This document shows, piece by piece, positions 30,252-39,201 of a DNA stretch of 64,000 nucleotides. Position numbers and translations under genes: made by a program. The first letter of the stretch is position 1, and each line of letters begins with the position of its first letter. The notes below the pieces were generated by a model that was not told where the DNA came from, made no database searches, and saw only the letters and a list, made by a program, of their open reading frames with translations. Origin of the DNA: an uncultured virus (IMG/VR IMGVR_UViG_3300029953_000021) (taxonomy: Duplodnaviria > Heunggongvirae > Uroviricota > Caudoviricetes > Schitoviridae); the IMG/VR virus record IMGVR_UViG_3300029953_000021. One strand, written 5' to 3'.

Positions 30252-31310
30252 TCAGTCGCTCAAATATCGCGTGAGTTGGATCATGGCCTTGGAGAAGGCC
30301 GGGTGTTGACGCAGTTCCGGGTGTCGAACCATCGTTGACCTGAAGAAGAGCACACGAAAGTCCATCGAGAACCGGTTGGCATAGTCCGACAGGCCGCCAA
30401 AGTTCTCCTCGGTGACCACTTCCATCATATGAGCGATGGTTGCCCAGCGAATGCCGTTCTCGGTGGGCATCCGGCAGGACTCAGGATCAGCGAGGATCTC
30501 TCGAACGTTGATAAGTTCCTTGTAGATCTTCGTGAAGTTCACGAATTCGACAGCGACTCCCGATGAGATCGTGCCGGCATACATTGCCGTCTTGGAGTCT
30601 TTGACTTCCTTGCCCGATATGAGCCTGTTCATGAACTCCCAGGTCCGAGGGCAGCAGAAGGTCTTGTCGTTGTGGTCAGGACGGAAGTCCATGAGCTTGG
30701 AGTTGTACTGGCTCAGGAACGCAATGATCCGAGGATCGTAGTTCTCCTTGAGAGCGACGTCTTCGAGCCACTCTCGGTAATTGACCTCCATCTCAAGCGT
30801 GATCACTCGGGACTGCATGGCAGTGCCGGCGAGGTTCACGATGGCTCGGTCGGTGACGAGGTTGCCGGCCATGGACAGAACCACACGCTCATGGAGCTTG
30901 TGCTGGCCGATCATCTTGTCGAGCACGACCTTGTAGCTCGCAGCCTGGACTTGCTTCGGAGCAGCGTTGTGCTCGTCGAAGAAGATGCACCAGCCCTGCA
31001 TGAGCCGGCCTTTGAGATCCCTGGGCATGGGTGTGCCTTCGAGCGGGAAGATCTCCCGGAACGGCGCATAACGGGCATAGCCGTCAGCCGTGTACTGGGG
31101 CAGCCCAGTGAAATCGGTGGACTCTGAGGTGGAAATTCGATGATCGATCATCATCAGATCCAGCTCATTGCAGACCTGGCGATGGATGGTGGACTTGCCC
31201 ATGCCTGGCGAAGAGATCACGTTGGGAACGAGGTCAGCTTCGAAGATGTCGATGATGTATTCTCGGACCTGCCGAGGTGTGCAACGGTAGATCTGGAGAG
31301 TTTCAGACAC
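30252..31310 (-). CDS. MoxR-like AAA+ ATPase (N4 gp24-like)
   Basis: SSPGMGKST, IFFDE, AGN, PRTWE. Confidence 0.88.
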   Translation of the reverse strand: MSETLQIYRCTPRQVREYIIDIFEADLVPNVISSPGMGKSTIHRQVCNELDLMMIDHRISTSESTDFTGLPQYTADGYARYAPFREIFPLEGTPMPRDLKGRLMQGWCIFFDEHNAAPKQVQAASYKVVLDKMIGQHKLHERVVLSMAGNLVTDRAIVNLAGTAMQSRVITLEMEVNYREWLEDVALKENYDPRIIAFLSQYNSKLMDFRPDHNDKTFCCPRTWEFMNRLISGKEVKDSKTAMYAGTISSGVAVEFVNFTKIYKELINVREILADPESCRMPTENGIRWATIAHMMEVVTEENFGGLSDYANRFSMDFRVLFFRSTMVRHPELRQHPAFSKAMIQLTRYLSD

Positions 31311-31339
31311 TTGGCGCTCTTCTTCCTGGTTCAGAAATG

Positions 31340-31371
31340 AAAAAAGCCCGCTGCTCTTTCGAGCAACGGGC
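31340..31371 (-). terminator. Intrinsic terminator
   Basis: GCCCGTTGCTC-GAAA-GAGCAGCGGGC-TTTTTT (GNRA loop). Confidence 0.85.
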
Positions 31372-31512
31372 CTGATCGGTCATATGAGTAGAGACCGCAC
31401 TGACTGTACTATCCAGTCCGTCACGGGGTTTAGCGTCACATCCGTCGGGGACATCTCTAGGTGATCGACAATCCTTCCGTAGATAGGTAGTCGATCAGCA
31501 TCGAGATTCTTG

Positions 31513-31551
31513 AAAAGTAATGGGCCTGCCATCTTGTGCTGGCAGGCCCAT
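31513..31551 (-). terminator. Intrinsic terminator or strong hairpin
   Basis: 12-bp stem ATGGGCCTGCCA/TGGCAGGCCCAT followed by TACTTTT. Confidence 0.75.
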
Positions 31552-31552
31552 C

Positions 31553-31950
31553 ATTGGGCAGAGGGTTGCTTATGACGCTTTAACGAGTTTTCTCAGCAAC
31601 ATCCCTTCAGGGGCGTTCATTCCCTGGTCCCAATTTTTACTGGCCGGTGTGGACACTTCGGGTTATCAGCCCTACCCGCCACTCCGTTTACGACAGTTTA
31701 CAAGGCATCCAGATTGATGGTCTGACTTGACTTGCTATATGTCGTCCCCCGTCCCGCTGGGGTCTGCTCCTGCCAGTTTAAATTGATCTGTAGAGTTTAC
31801 TTCCAGACTATCCACAGGCTGACTGCTGCACTTACGTGGGTAACACGGAGCCTTTTAGTTTCGCGTCCTGTTAGGGACGGCACATGCTCGGGTGCTGACT
31901 AAGGGTGAATCTGGCTCCCATCCGGTCCGCCAAATTCTCCAGTTGATCAG
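31553..31950 (-). ncRNA. Candidate structured ncRNA (unassigned family)
   Basis: About 400 nt with no credible ORF in a gene-dense genome, several nested helices, ending at a terminator. Confidence 0.4.
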
Positions 31951-31961
31951 ACTGTTTTCCC

Positions 31962-32276
31962 CTAATTCTGTTGTGTTCGCAGATCCATTTTGATCCCGAG
32001 AGCCAGGCACAGAGCAGCCATCGGGAGATAGCTCCTCCAGTGCTCGCCCATCAGCTGGCCACGGATCTGACGCTTGTTCACCTGGAGCATACCAGCGAGT
32101 TGGTCCTCGGTGAGGCCCCGTTCGGCCATGGCCATCAGCAAGATGCCGCCTGTTCGCATGGCAAAGCGTTTGGCTTCGGCTTCGACCTGTTCAGGGGTGA
32201 TCCCCGTGCTGCTGATCGTGGTGATTTCGAGCCGGTCTTCTTGGGTACTCACGAAAGGATCTCCTTGGGATTTCAC
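31962..32276 (-). CDS. XRE-like HTH protein
   Basis: AMAERGLTEDQLAGMLQVNKRQIRGQL...ALCLALGIKMDL; true start may be about 25 nt downstream. Confidence 0.6.
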   Translation of the reverse strand: MKSQGDPFVSTQEDRLEITTISSTGITPEQVEAEAKRFAMRTGGILLMAMAERGLTEDQLAGMLQVNKRQIRGQLMGEHWRSYLPMAALCLALGIKMDLRTQQN

Positions 32277-32311
32277 CCTTCACCCAAGATACCCTTATTT
32301 CAAGAAAAAGA

Positions 32312-32512
32312 TCAGGTTTCCCGAACCAGTGGGGCAGGATAGATCACAGCCAGAGCCGAGAGACAGTAGTCCTCGTGCTCAGGGTCGATCATAATCGGCT
32401 CTGCGAGAGCTCGGTTCTTTTCGTCCTTGGTCAGCTTGCCGGCGTTGCCGTGGTGCTGAACGGAGATCTCAGGGCCTTTAAGCCCCTTTGACCAGACTAC
32501 CCACTTGGACAT
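32312..32512 (-). CDS. Hypothetical protein
   Basis: MSKWVVWSKGLKGPE..., overlapping-operon packing. Confidence 0.55.
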   Translation of the reverse strand: MSKWVVWSKGLKGPEISVQHHGNAGKLTKDEKNRALAEPIMIDPEHEDYCLSALAVIYPAPLVRET

Positions 32513-32858
32513 TGAGAGATTCCTCGTAGTCGGCGACTGCCGCTTGTGGAGTTGCATAGGCGTTGTTGCCAAACAGGTAGACGACAGTCTGCGTGTTCGT
32601 GGGTTTGAGATGCTTCCAGACTCGAACGACACCGGTCGGCTTCCACTTGGAGAAGCCTTTGAAGGTGTAGAGCTGGTATTGCTGCTCGGACGACCCTTCG
32701 AAGTCGTCTCCGTACATCTGAATGCGCCACTCGTAGTGACGTTTGCCGCTGAGACGAACGAAGAAATCGTCCATCCAGCGACCTAGATCGGAGAACCGCG
32801 GAGGATGAACCTTCCACATGAAGAGCTTCCAGTGAAACCGATCGAGGAGAGCTCTCAC
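32478..32858 (-). CDS. Hypothetical protein
   Basis: ORF in the early minus-strand operon with coupled start/stop. Confidence 0.6.
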   Translation of the reverse strand: MRALLDRFHWKLFMWKVHPPRFSDLGRWMDDFFVRLSGKRHYEWRIQMYGDDFEGSSEQQYQLYTFKGFSKWKPTGVVRVWKHLKPTNTQTVVYLFGNNAYATPQAAVADYEESLNVQVGSLVKGA

Positions 32859-33061
32859 TTCATTGGTTCCCGACCGGAGAAGTCATGGTTTTCGAGCTTC
32901 GCAGTCTGGATGGCGAGACGAGCTGTGCGGAGGGTCGAAAGACTCTGCCCAAACGTGCTTGGGTCAGTCCGTCGTTTCGGATCTGTGTGGGCTTCGAGCA
33001 TCGCAACCGTGTCGATGAGCGAGTCATAGAGACGCTTTACTGTTGAGGGTGAGAGGTTCAT
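32855..33061 (-). CDS. Hypothetical protein
   Basis: ATGA coupling with neighbours. Confidence 0.6.
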   Translation of the reverse strand: MNLSPSTVKRLYDSLIDTVAMLEAHTDPKRRTDPSTFGQSLSTLRTARLAIQTAKLENHDFSGREPMK

Positions 33062-33549
33062 TTCCAGATTGCTCGAACAGAGGTAGCCACGGCTCCGTAA
33101 GAGCCTGGGTGAAAGTTGTGCTTCGTGCAGCCGCCCTTGCAGGAGTAGCTGATGGGGAAAGCGCCAGCTTGCTGGGCCAGCCTGAAGACGCTGGCCCGAG
33201 CTGAGTTGATCGGAGCCGGCAGGATCACGACCTTGATCCGGGCTTTCACTGTCGCCAGGATCTTGCCCACACAGGGACCAGGAGCGTCATTGATGCCGGC
33301 GCTGATCACCACCCGGTCGAACTGAGTTCGAGGCATGTGAGCCAGGATCCAGCACGAACCCATGCTGGTCTTGGCGTAGGTCGAGACACGCAGAGCATGT
33401 CCCGTACCCACTGCAATCGAGTCGCCTATGGCTGCGTCCTGAGCCTTCGCCGGTGGCGTGAACCAGACAGTGAGACACACTCCGAGGAGTGCGACGATGG
33501 CCATGGTCATGAACCAGGTAAGGTAGAGACGCATCGTGTGGGTGTTCAA
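33058..33549 (-). CDS. Exported SGNH/GDSL-like hydrolase
   Basis: N-terminal hydrophobic segment ending AKA|QD; block I IGDSIAVG, block III ISAGIND, block V-like NFHP. Confidence 0.65.
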   Translation of the reverse strand: MNTHTMRLYLTWFMTMAIVALLGVCLTVWFTPPAKAQDAAIGDSIAVGTGHALRVSTYAKTSMGSCWILAHMPRTQFDRVVISAGINDAPGPCVGKILATVKARIKVVILPAPINSARASVFRLAQQAGAFPISYSCKGGCTKHNFHPGSYGAVATSVRAIWK

Positions 33550-33752
33550 ATCTCTGGCTCCATTGGTTGGTCCAGAATATCACCATCAATGTTGATGATA
33601 ACTGGCAGTCGTTGTGGGGTGTCGAATTCTTCCCCACAATTGTCGCAAGTATAATCTCCGAGAAAGTCGGAGATCACCCATGTACGTCGATAAGGATCGT
33701 ACCGTGTTGTTGCATCTCGACTGATGTCGGTGCAACTACACTTTGGGCAACA
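33546..33752 (-). CDS. Zn-ribbon protein
   Basis: CPKC...CDNC; start uncertain. Confidence 0.5.
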   Translation of the reverse strand, partial: CCPKCSCTDISRDATTRYDPYRRTWVISDFLGDYTCDNCGEEFDTPQRLPVIINIDGDILDQPMEPEI

Positions 33753-33975
33753 TGGCCTTGTTCGCTTTTTCACTGGCGATGATCCGGAGAATGAACTGCT
33801 GTCCATTGTCGAGGTGAAAGACGGGATTGTTGGCGTCGCTGACGTCGACGAAGTGGACCTTGCGAGCAGCCTGGTGCTCGACGTCTTTGATGAGGACGCT
33901 GATCCACTGACCTTCGAGAAGATCTCGAATAGCCAGGCCGACGTCTCGGGTAGTGGCTCGAAAGCTCGTGCTCAC
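33736..33975 (-). CDS. Hypothetical protein
   Basis: Coupled ORF in operon. Confidence 0.6.
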   Translation of the reverse strand: MSTSFRATTRDVGLAIRDLLEGQWISVLIKDVEHQAARKVHFVDVSDANNPVFHLDNGQQFILRIIASEKANKAMLPKV

Positions 33976-34553
33976 TTCGCCACACCCGTTTTGGGGATCT
34001 GGCTTTCCAGAGTGCTCAATCGAGCCATGAAGGACGACGAGAGCTTGGCGAACTGATCTGCGAATTCCAGCTTCAGAAGCTCGATGTCTTCCTTGAAGGC
34101 TGTGATCGCCGGATCTTCAGCGAGCTCGCCATACGCTTCCTTGCGGATCGCAGTGACGACCGAGACCGAGACATCCAGCTCTTTGGCGATCTTGGCGTCG
34201 GACCAGCCAGAGTTGTAGACCCGCTTCTTCTCGTTGAAGTGATCATCGAGCGAAGCATAGATCTGTCGGGCAATCTTTGGATTGGGAGCGACTGAGGTTG
34301 AAGTCACTTTGCGTTCACCTTTCTGGCACTGGGCGCAGACTGGAGGGTATTTCAAAGAAATGTCCCAGCCTTCACGTTTGAAGGCCGGGACAAGATGTTC
34401 GGGAATGCAGTTGATCGGTCGACCGATAGTCTGAGACGCTCCACATTTACAGTGGATGTACCAGCCAGATCGACCTGAGTTTCTATAGGTGTAATACAGC
34501 CCGTAGGCTGCATTCATCTTGATGATGTCTTTAGGAGAGTGGGTGCCAGCCAT
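33972..34553 (-). CDS. Zn-finger + HTH protein
   Basis: CKCG...CAQC; WSDAKIAKELDVSVSVVTAIRKEAYG. Confidence 0.65.
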   Translation of the reverse strand: MAGTHSPKDIIKMNAAYGLYYTYRNSGRSGWYIHCKCGASQTIGRPINCIPEHLVPAFKREGWDISLKYPPVCAQCQKGERKVTSTSVAPNPKIARQIYASLDDHFNEKKRVYNSGWSDAKIAKELDVSVSVVTAIRKEAYGELAEDPAITAFKEDIELLKLEFADQFAKLSSSFMARLSTLESQIPKTGVAK

Positions 34554-34685
34554 TACTCACACCTCAGCTTTCCGCACTTCTTGCAGACGTAGCTGGGATA
34601 ATGACCGAACGGGATCTCTGCGTGAGAGCAAGTCGTTCGAACCCACCAGAGCGAGAGATCGTAATAGATCTCCCAGAGGCGCCTT

Positions 34686-35909
34686 CTAAGATAGCGCATA
34701 GTTGCTCTCCAATATGTCCTGAGCCAGTGTGGGATCGAGCTTGCCCACCTGGACTTCGCGATTTACCAGTTGGCTCAACACGAAGCTCAAAAGATCGCTC
34801 TTTGCAATCAAATATAGCTGCATGTTGTACTGTTGCCGCAGATCGTCCCCGTAGTGAGGGAGACATCGGAAGCAATCGTGAATAGACATAACCTTGAAGG
34901 GACGCTTCGGAAGGCTGTCGATCAGCTTGGAGATCTCGGCTCGGTCCACGAAAACGATGGTGTCGCTGTCGAGGTAGTCCAGGATTCTCGCCGAGAGATA
35001 GCCGCTCTTCTGGAAGAGCTTCCAGAGGATGCCCACCATGCGATGAGCCTCTTTGCTGAACTCTGGCGTGCCGAAGTGCGATTCCACTTCATCAGCCAGG
35101 ATCTCTTTGAGCAGCTCGATCCAGTTGGGATCGTAATCGCAGCGCCTGCTGATCTCCCGAACGATCATTCCGTCGATCGAGTGGATGGTGTTGGCGCCGA
35201 GAGATCTTCCCTCTTTGGTCGGAGCGTTGATCTTGCGGGTGATGTCGAACGGCTCGTTCAGGAAGTTCACGACTTCGCTGGCCTGAGCCATGACTTTGAT
35301 GTGTACGTGGAAATTGTCGGGAAGCACCCAGTCATTGCTGAGGGCTTCGCCGTCCCAGATCTCGAGGAAGGTCTCGTTCAGTTCCCATGCAGCCGGCGCA
35401 AGCCGCTTCATGGTGTCGAGGAAAGTGACGAGCAGCTTGCCTTCGCCGAAGACTTCCTTGGGCACAGCGACAGACCCATAGAGAGCCGTCATAATCGCTC
35501 GCTTGGTGTCTTCGCGTTTGATCTTGGCGCTCTCACCGAGCTGCGAGATCATGTCCTCGTAGACGAGTGTGTAGGCGTCAGAGCGCTTGTCATTTCCCTG
35601 GTTCGGCTTCACCACATTGCACAGCTCAGCTGCGCTCCTGTCTCCGGTGAGAGCAGCCAGCAGCTGCAATCCAGAGCTGGTGGCATCGAGCGAGATCGCA
35701 TAGCCGATGGGCTCTCCAGCCAGGACGCTCTCGTAGGCTTTGACGCCGGCGTAGAAGAGAGCAGGCTCTTCAGCCTGGTGGAGCATCTCGTGGAGATGGT
35801 CTTGGTGCTCTTCGAACCAGGCGAGACGCTCAGCCCAAGTGCGTTTGTCGAGCCCGAAGTTATTCGCAATGTCGATCTGTAGATATTGACGACCTGTGAA
35901 CCTTTGCAT
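34686..35909 (-). CDS. RNA polymerase II subunit 2 (N4 gp16-like)
   Basis: MQRFTGRQYLQIDIANNFGLDK, motif A DATSSGLQ, motif B KRAIMTALYGS, ANTIHSIDG, motif C SIHDCF. Confidence 0.93.
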   Translation of the reverse strand: MQRFTGRQYLQIDIANNFGLDKRTWAERLAWFEEHQDHLHEMLHQAEEPALFYAGVKAYESVLAGEPIGYAISLDATSSGLQLLAALTGDRSAAELCNVVKPNQGNDKRSDAYTLVYEDMISQLGESAKIKREDTKRAIMTALYGSVAVPKEVFGEGKLLVTFLDTMKRLAPAAWELNETFLEIWDGEALSNDWVLPDNFHVHIKVMAQASEVVNFLNEPFDITRKINAPTKEGRSLGANTIHSIDGMIVREISRRCDYDPNWIELLKEILADEVESHFGTPEFSKEAHRMVGILWKLFQKSGYLSARILDYLDSDTIVFVDRAEISKLIDSLPKRPFKVMSIHDCFRCLPHYGDDLRQQYNMQLYLIAKSDLLSFVLSQLVNREVQVGKLDPTLAQDILESNYALS

Positions 35910-35935
35910 GGTACGCTCCTTAAGGTTGTGAGGGG

Positions 35936-36136
35936 ATGATGATCAAAAGATTAGGCAGAGTTCTGTACGTCCTCGGCTGCGTCTCAGCAGGAGGATTTCT
36001 AATAACTCTGTTTTTTGTGCTGACGTATAACGAGGACTACGGCATGAATGCGATAGTAATCGCTGGCTTTACCGGGGTCTCTTTTGTGTGTTGGTTTGCT
36101 GGACGAAGCGCTCGTTACATTCTATCGAACGAGTGA
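35936..36136 (+). CDS. Small two-TM membrane protein, antisense to the operon
   Basis: GAGGGG RBS, two hydrophobic segments, AT-richer than flanks. Confidence 0.6.
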   Translation: MMIKRLGRVLYVLGCVSAGGFLITLFFVLTYNEDYGMNAIVIAGFTGVSFVCWFAGRSARYILSNE

Positions 36137-36140
36137 CTAC

Positions 36141-36395
36141 TTACGACTTGTTGTCGCCTCGGTTGGCGTGGATCGAACGGAGGTCCCAGTTGCTTGGGGC
36201 GTTCGAACCGTGATGCCGGAGCGGATCTCTGTGATCCACGTCCTTGCCTTTAAGGGAGCCCTTGATTGCGGTGTGCAAGTGGTGCGCCACATCATAGCGC
36301 GCTTTGTTACGCTCTTCACGCTGCTTGACCTCCTTCGCAGAGTCCTCGAACTTGGTCGCCTGCTTATAGTTGCGCTTTTTGCCGGGCTTCTTCAT
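36141..36395 (-). CDS. Small HNH-motif protein
   Basis: KDVDHRDPLRHHGSNAPSNWDLRSIHANR. Confidence 0.75.
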   Translation of the reverse strand: MKKPGKKRNYKQATKFEDSAKEVKQREERNKARYDVAHHLHTAIKGSLKGKDVDHRDPLRHHGSNAPSNWDLRSIHANRGDNKS

Positions 36396-37255
36396 TCAAT
36401 AAGCTCCTTATCTGCGAACTCTACCACGGCTTTGTTCCAGGGAGTTCCCTGGTAATTGACGTGATAACCTTGGCAGTACACTCGCCCACGCTTGTCATAC
36501 TTGTGGGTGAGGTGGAAGTGATCGCTGTGCTGCATGAGCAAAGCCATTACGTGCTTCGCAGTGCGATCGTACTTATTGAATGCCTTCTTTCGACGCTCAA
36601 AGTCATCTCGAGTTTCACCCTCTTTAGGTTTGTCGAGATGCCGCCACTTGTTCTTCACCATGAGCGCCGTGTCAGCGTTCACTGTGAACCGGATCTCGTT
36701 CATTCGGTTCAGGTGATCGAGACAGACATCATCTTCATGGTGGTTGTTGCGCAGGATCACGCTTCCTTGGTTCAGGAAATATCCAGTGTCCCTGTTCTTG
36801 GTGATCGGCTTGGGCTCGACGACCATGGGAAGAGGGTACTGGAAGCGATCGATGTCCTCTTGGACCTCGGGACTGATCTCGAACTTGACCACGAAGATCT
36901 TGAGGGTCGGCTCCCAGTCGACGAGATCTGCCAGCACAGCCTTGAGCAGCATATCAGCGACGACTTGGGCGTCATTGAAGTGGTGGTACAAGAGTCCCAC
37001 CAGGGTCTGGATGTTGGCTCTCTTGTGAAGAGCCATCTGAACCAGCAGGTCCAAACCAAAGCTCACGGGGATCTCCGACGAGATCAGGAAATCCGTGAAA
37101 TTGGCTTCCTCGCAGTTCTGAAACTCAGCCTTGATGCGAGGGATCGTCTGGTTCTTGGAATAGAGGCGCTCAAGCTCGATCTGATGAGCCACCAGCGTCT
37201 TCTGCGTGTCAGTCGGAGCAACCTCCAACTCTTCGCACTGCATCTCGGTGTCCAT
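36392..37255 (-). CDS. RNA polymerase II subunit 1 (N4 gp15-like)
   Basis: LERLYSKNQ, FQYPLPMVVEP, LTHKYDKRGRVYCQGYHVNYQG (DxRGR); start at MDTEMQ. Confidence 0.92.
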   Translation of the reverse strand: MDTEMQCEELEVAPTDTQKTLVAHQIELERLYSKNQTIPRIKAEFQNCEEANFTDFLISSEIPVSFGLDLLVQMALHKRANIQTLVGLLYHHFNDAQVVADMLLKAVLADLVDWEPTLKIFVVKFEISPEVQEDIDRFQYPLPMVVEPKPITKNRDTGYFLNQGSVILRNNHHEDDVCLDHLNRMNEIRFTVNADTALMVKNKWRHLDKPKEGETRDDFERRKKAFNKYDRTAKHVMALLMQHSDHFHLTHKYDKRGRVYCQGYHVNYQGTPWNKAVVEFADKELIE

Positions 37256-37266
37256 GGTTTCTCTCT

Positions 37267-37539
37267 CTAAAGTTTGAGGAAAGCGTTCAGGTCTCGGCCA
37301 GTCTGAGTCTGGCCAGGATTTTTGGGAGTCTGGTCCTTGGCCGGCACTCCGGCCCAGCCGGTGACCTTGTGGGAAGGTTCGCCGTCGCTGGAGCATCGAT
37401 AGAATTCGAAGGTGCCTTTGGCCTCTTCCATCCAGCAGTAATAGAATCGGTTACCTTCGAAGGTCCGATAGAACATGACACGACAGAACCCATTGTCTTC
37501 GTGCAAGAATGTGAGTTTGTCAGGTTCTGCGGAGGCCAT
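37267..37539 (-). CDS. Hypothetical protein
   Basis: AAGGA RBS within the TGAACCAAGGAA motif; YRCSSDGEPSH. Confidence 0.65.
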   Translation of the reverse strand: MASAEPDKLTFLHEDNGFCRVMFYRTFEGNRFYYCWMEEAKGTFEFYRCSSDGEPSHKVTGWAGVPAKDQTPKNPGQTQTGRDLNAFLKL

Positions 37540-37553
37540 GTTCTTTCCTTGGT

Positions 37554-37799
37554 TCAGGGAGTGATGTCGGAGATCCAGCGCTTCAGAGCAGGGAGTGTGG
37601 TGATCCCAGTGCCGACGATGCCCTTCTCGGGTTCGACGACAGTGGGTAGGGATCGCACCCCATATTTCTGAGCAGCTTCTGAGTTCTGCTCCAGGTCGAG
37701 GTACTCGAAGAAGTGAGGGCTATCGCCGTCAGCTTCGATGGCTCTCCAGAGCGCCTTGCAGCTGGAGCACCAGGTGGCGCCGAAGATGAGAATTTTCAC
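37554..37799 (-). CDS. Thioredoxin-like protein
   Basis: FGATWCSSCK, AQKYGVRSLPT; GTG start. Confidence 0.8.
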   Translation of the reverse strand: MKILIFGATWCSSCKALWRAIEADGDSPHFFEYLDLEQNSEAAQKYGVRSLPTVVEPEKGIVGTGITTLPALKRWISDITP

Positions 37800-38068
37800 G
37801 ATTGGATGTCCTTCCAATATTTCGCGAGGGTCTCCTCGGTATAAGGCTTCCAATACTCGCAGGACTCTTTGTGAAGACGATCCTTTGCATAAACACAATC
37901 TGAACGAGTGTTCGTATCTATGACGCACCCATCAGGTTCAGTGCCTGGCTTCATCGAGAAGAGATCGCAGAAGCACCCATGCTTGACGCCTGTTGGACCT
38001 ATGACGATCCAGCCGGCCTCACGAAGCAGCTTGGCAGCTGCTTCTTCTTCAGTGGTCGGAAGTCTCAT
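37796..38068 (-). CDS. Cys-rich hypothetical protein
   Basis: CFCD...CVID...CVYA...CEYW. Confidence 0.6.
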   Translation of the reverse strand: MRLPTTEEEAAAKLLREAGWIVIGPTGVKHGCFCDLFSMKPGTEPDGCVIDTNTRSDCVYAKDRLHKESCEYWKPYTEETLAKYWKDIQS

Positions 38069-38352
38069 GGGAGCTCCAAGGTGATCGGGACGACTTGCAT
38101 GTCGTTGATGTCACGACTGGGAACGGGACGGATTTGCCCATTCCAGGCGCCTTCATCGGACTGATAGCGACCTCGTACCCAGCAGCGCAGAGCTCCCTGA
38201 GCATCTTTAGCTGTCCGAAAGACTCGAGGGAGATCGTTGGCTTCTGGCTTTCCTGGCTCATAAGCCGTGCTGCCACGTCCAGACTGGCAATAGCCCATGA
38301 GGAGATAGTTCCCCGTAGGCATATGTCGAATGGCAAACATCGAGATGATCAT
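38065..38352 (-). CDS. Hypothetical protein
   Basis: Coupled ORF. Confidence 0.6.
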   Translation of the reverse strand: MIISMFAIRHMPTGNYLLMGYCQSGRGSTAYEPGKPEANDLPRVFRTAKDAQGALRCWVRGRYQSDEGAWNGQIRPVPSRDINDMQVVPITLELP

Positions 38353-38624
38353 GACTTGATCACCTCTTGAACCAAGGAAGGGAGCACACTCACTTGGGTG
38401 TAGTAATCCGTCTTGGGGTAATTCACACGAAGAGTGGGACTTACTATCGCAACGATGACATTGTCATCGTAATCAACGATGGTGACTTCCCCATGCTGGG
38501 TGATGAATATCAGAGCTTTCTGAATAGCCTGGGCTAGAGTGCCTTTGATCGAGCCGATCTTGGCGGTTCGAGAGGACCAAGCTGCGTTCTTGGCTGGTCT
38601 GGTGAAGCAGTAGCGCTTGATCAT
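38349..38624 (-). CDS. Hypothetical protein
   Basis: Coupled ORF. Confidence 0.6.
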   Translation of the reverse strand: MIKRYCFTRPAKNAAWSSRTAKIGSIKGTLAQAIQKALIFITQHGEVTIVDYDDNVIVAIVSPTLRVNYPKTDYYTQVSVLPSLVQEVIKS

Positions 38625-38818
38625 AGCACTCTCTCAAGAGCACCATTGACCCACTTGTAGTTCACTCGCTCATTGACCTCGACAGCACGAGAGTCAGTGA
38701 CTGTGGTCCAACGCCACATGAGAGCTTTGGCATTGTCCTCGGCTTCCTGCTTGGTCTCGAAGACCAGCGCATTGCGAGAGAACTTGCCGTCCACCTCGAC
38801 TTCAGGCTTCCAAGCCAT
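38621..38818 (-). CDS. Hypothetical protein (65 aa)
   Basis: MAWKPEVEVDGKFSRNALVFETKQEAE; start overlaps the upstream stop. Confidence 0.65.
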   Translation of the reverse strand: MAWKPEVEVDGKFSRNALVFETKQEAEDNAKALMWRWTTVTDSRAVEVNERVNYKWVNGALERVL

Positions 38819-39201
38819 CAGACGCTCCCCCAGTAGACCCGACCGTCGCCGAGGATCTGAGCCCACATGCTGTCGAACTCGCAGTTCTTGGGCGCCTCCA
38901 TGAACATCGGAGCGATCTCGGTGGCTTTGAAGCCGGCCAGGCCACAGCCGATCTGCGTCACCCTGAAGGTGAGTTTGCGGTGACCATGAGCGAAGGCGAT
39001 GAAGCCCTGCACGTACTGATGCACCCGCTTGATTGGGAGCGTTTCGAGGTTCTCGTCCTTGGTGGGAATGGCGAAGCTTTCGCCCATGTGCCCATAGCTG
39101 AAGCCCCATCGGGCTCCATGCTTCTTGTAGGCTTCAGCAGCTGCGCCAGCTCCATGAACTCCCGCTTCATTGCTTCCGAATACGAACACGCTTTTCGGCA
39201 T
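38818..39201 (-). CDS. Macrodomain-like phage protein
   Basis: VFVFGSNEAGVHGAGAA, FAIPTK, VTQIGCGLAG glycine-rich loops. Confidence 0.75.
   Translation of the reverse strand: MPKSVFVFGSNEAGVHGAGAAAEAYKKHGARWGFSYGHMGESFAIPTKDENLETLPIKRVHQYVQGFIAFAHGHRKLTFRVTQIGCGLAGFKATEIAPMFMEAPKNCEFDSMWAQILGDGRVYWGSV

Noticed and set aside
29021..31310. MoxR + vWA pair (and rIIA/rIIB) as a novel system
   Set aside because: Standard components of N4-like genomes
31553..31950. tmRNA or group I intron
   Set aside because: No tRNA-like ends or tag ORF recognised; not interrupting a gene; no P7 core identified
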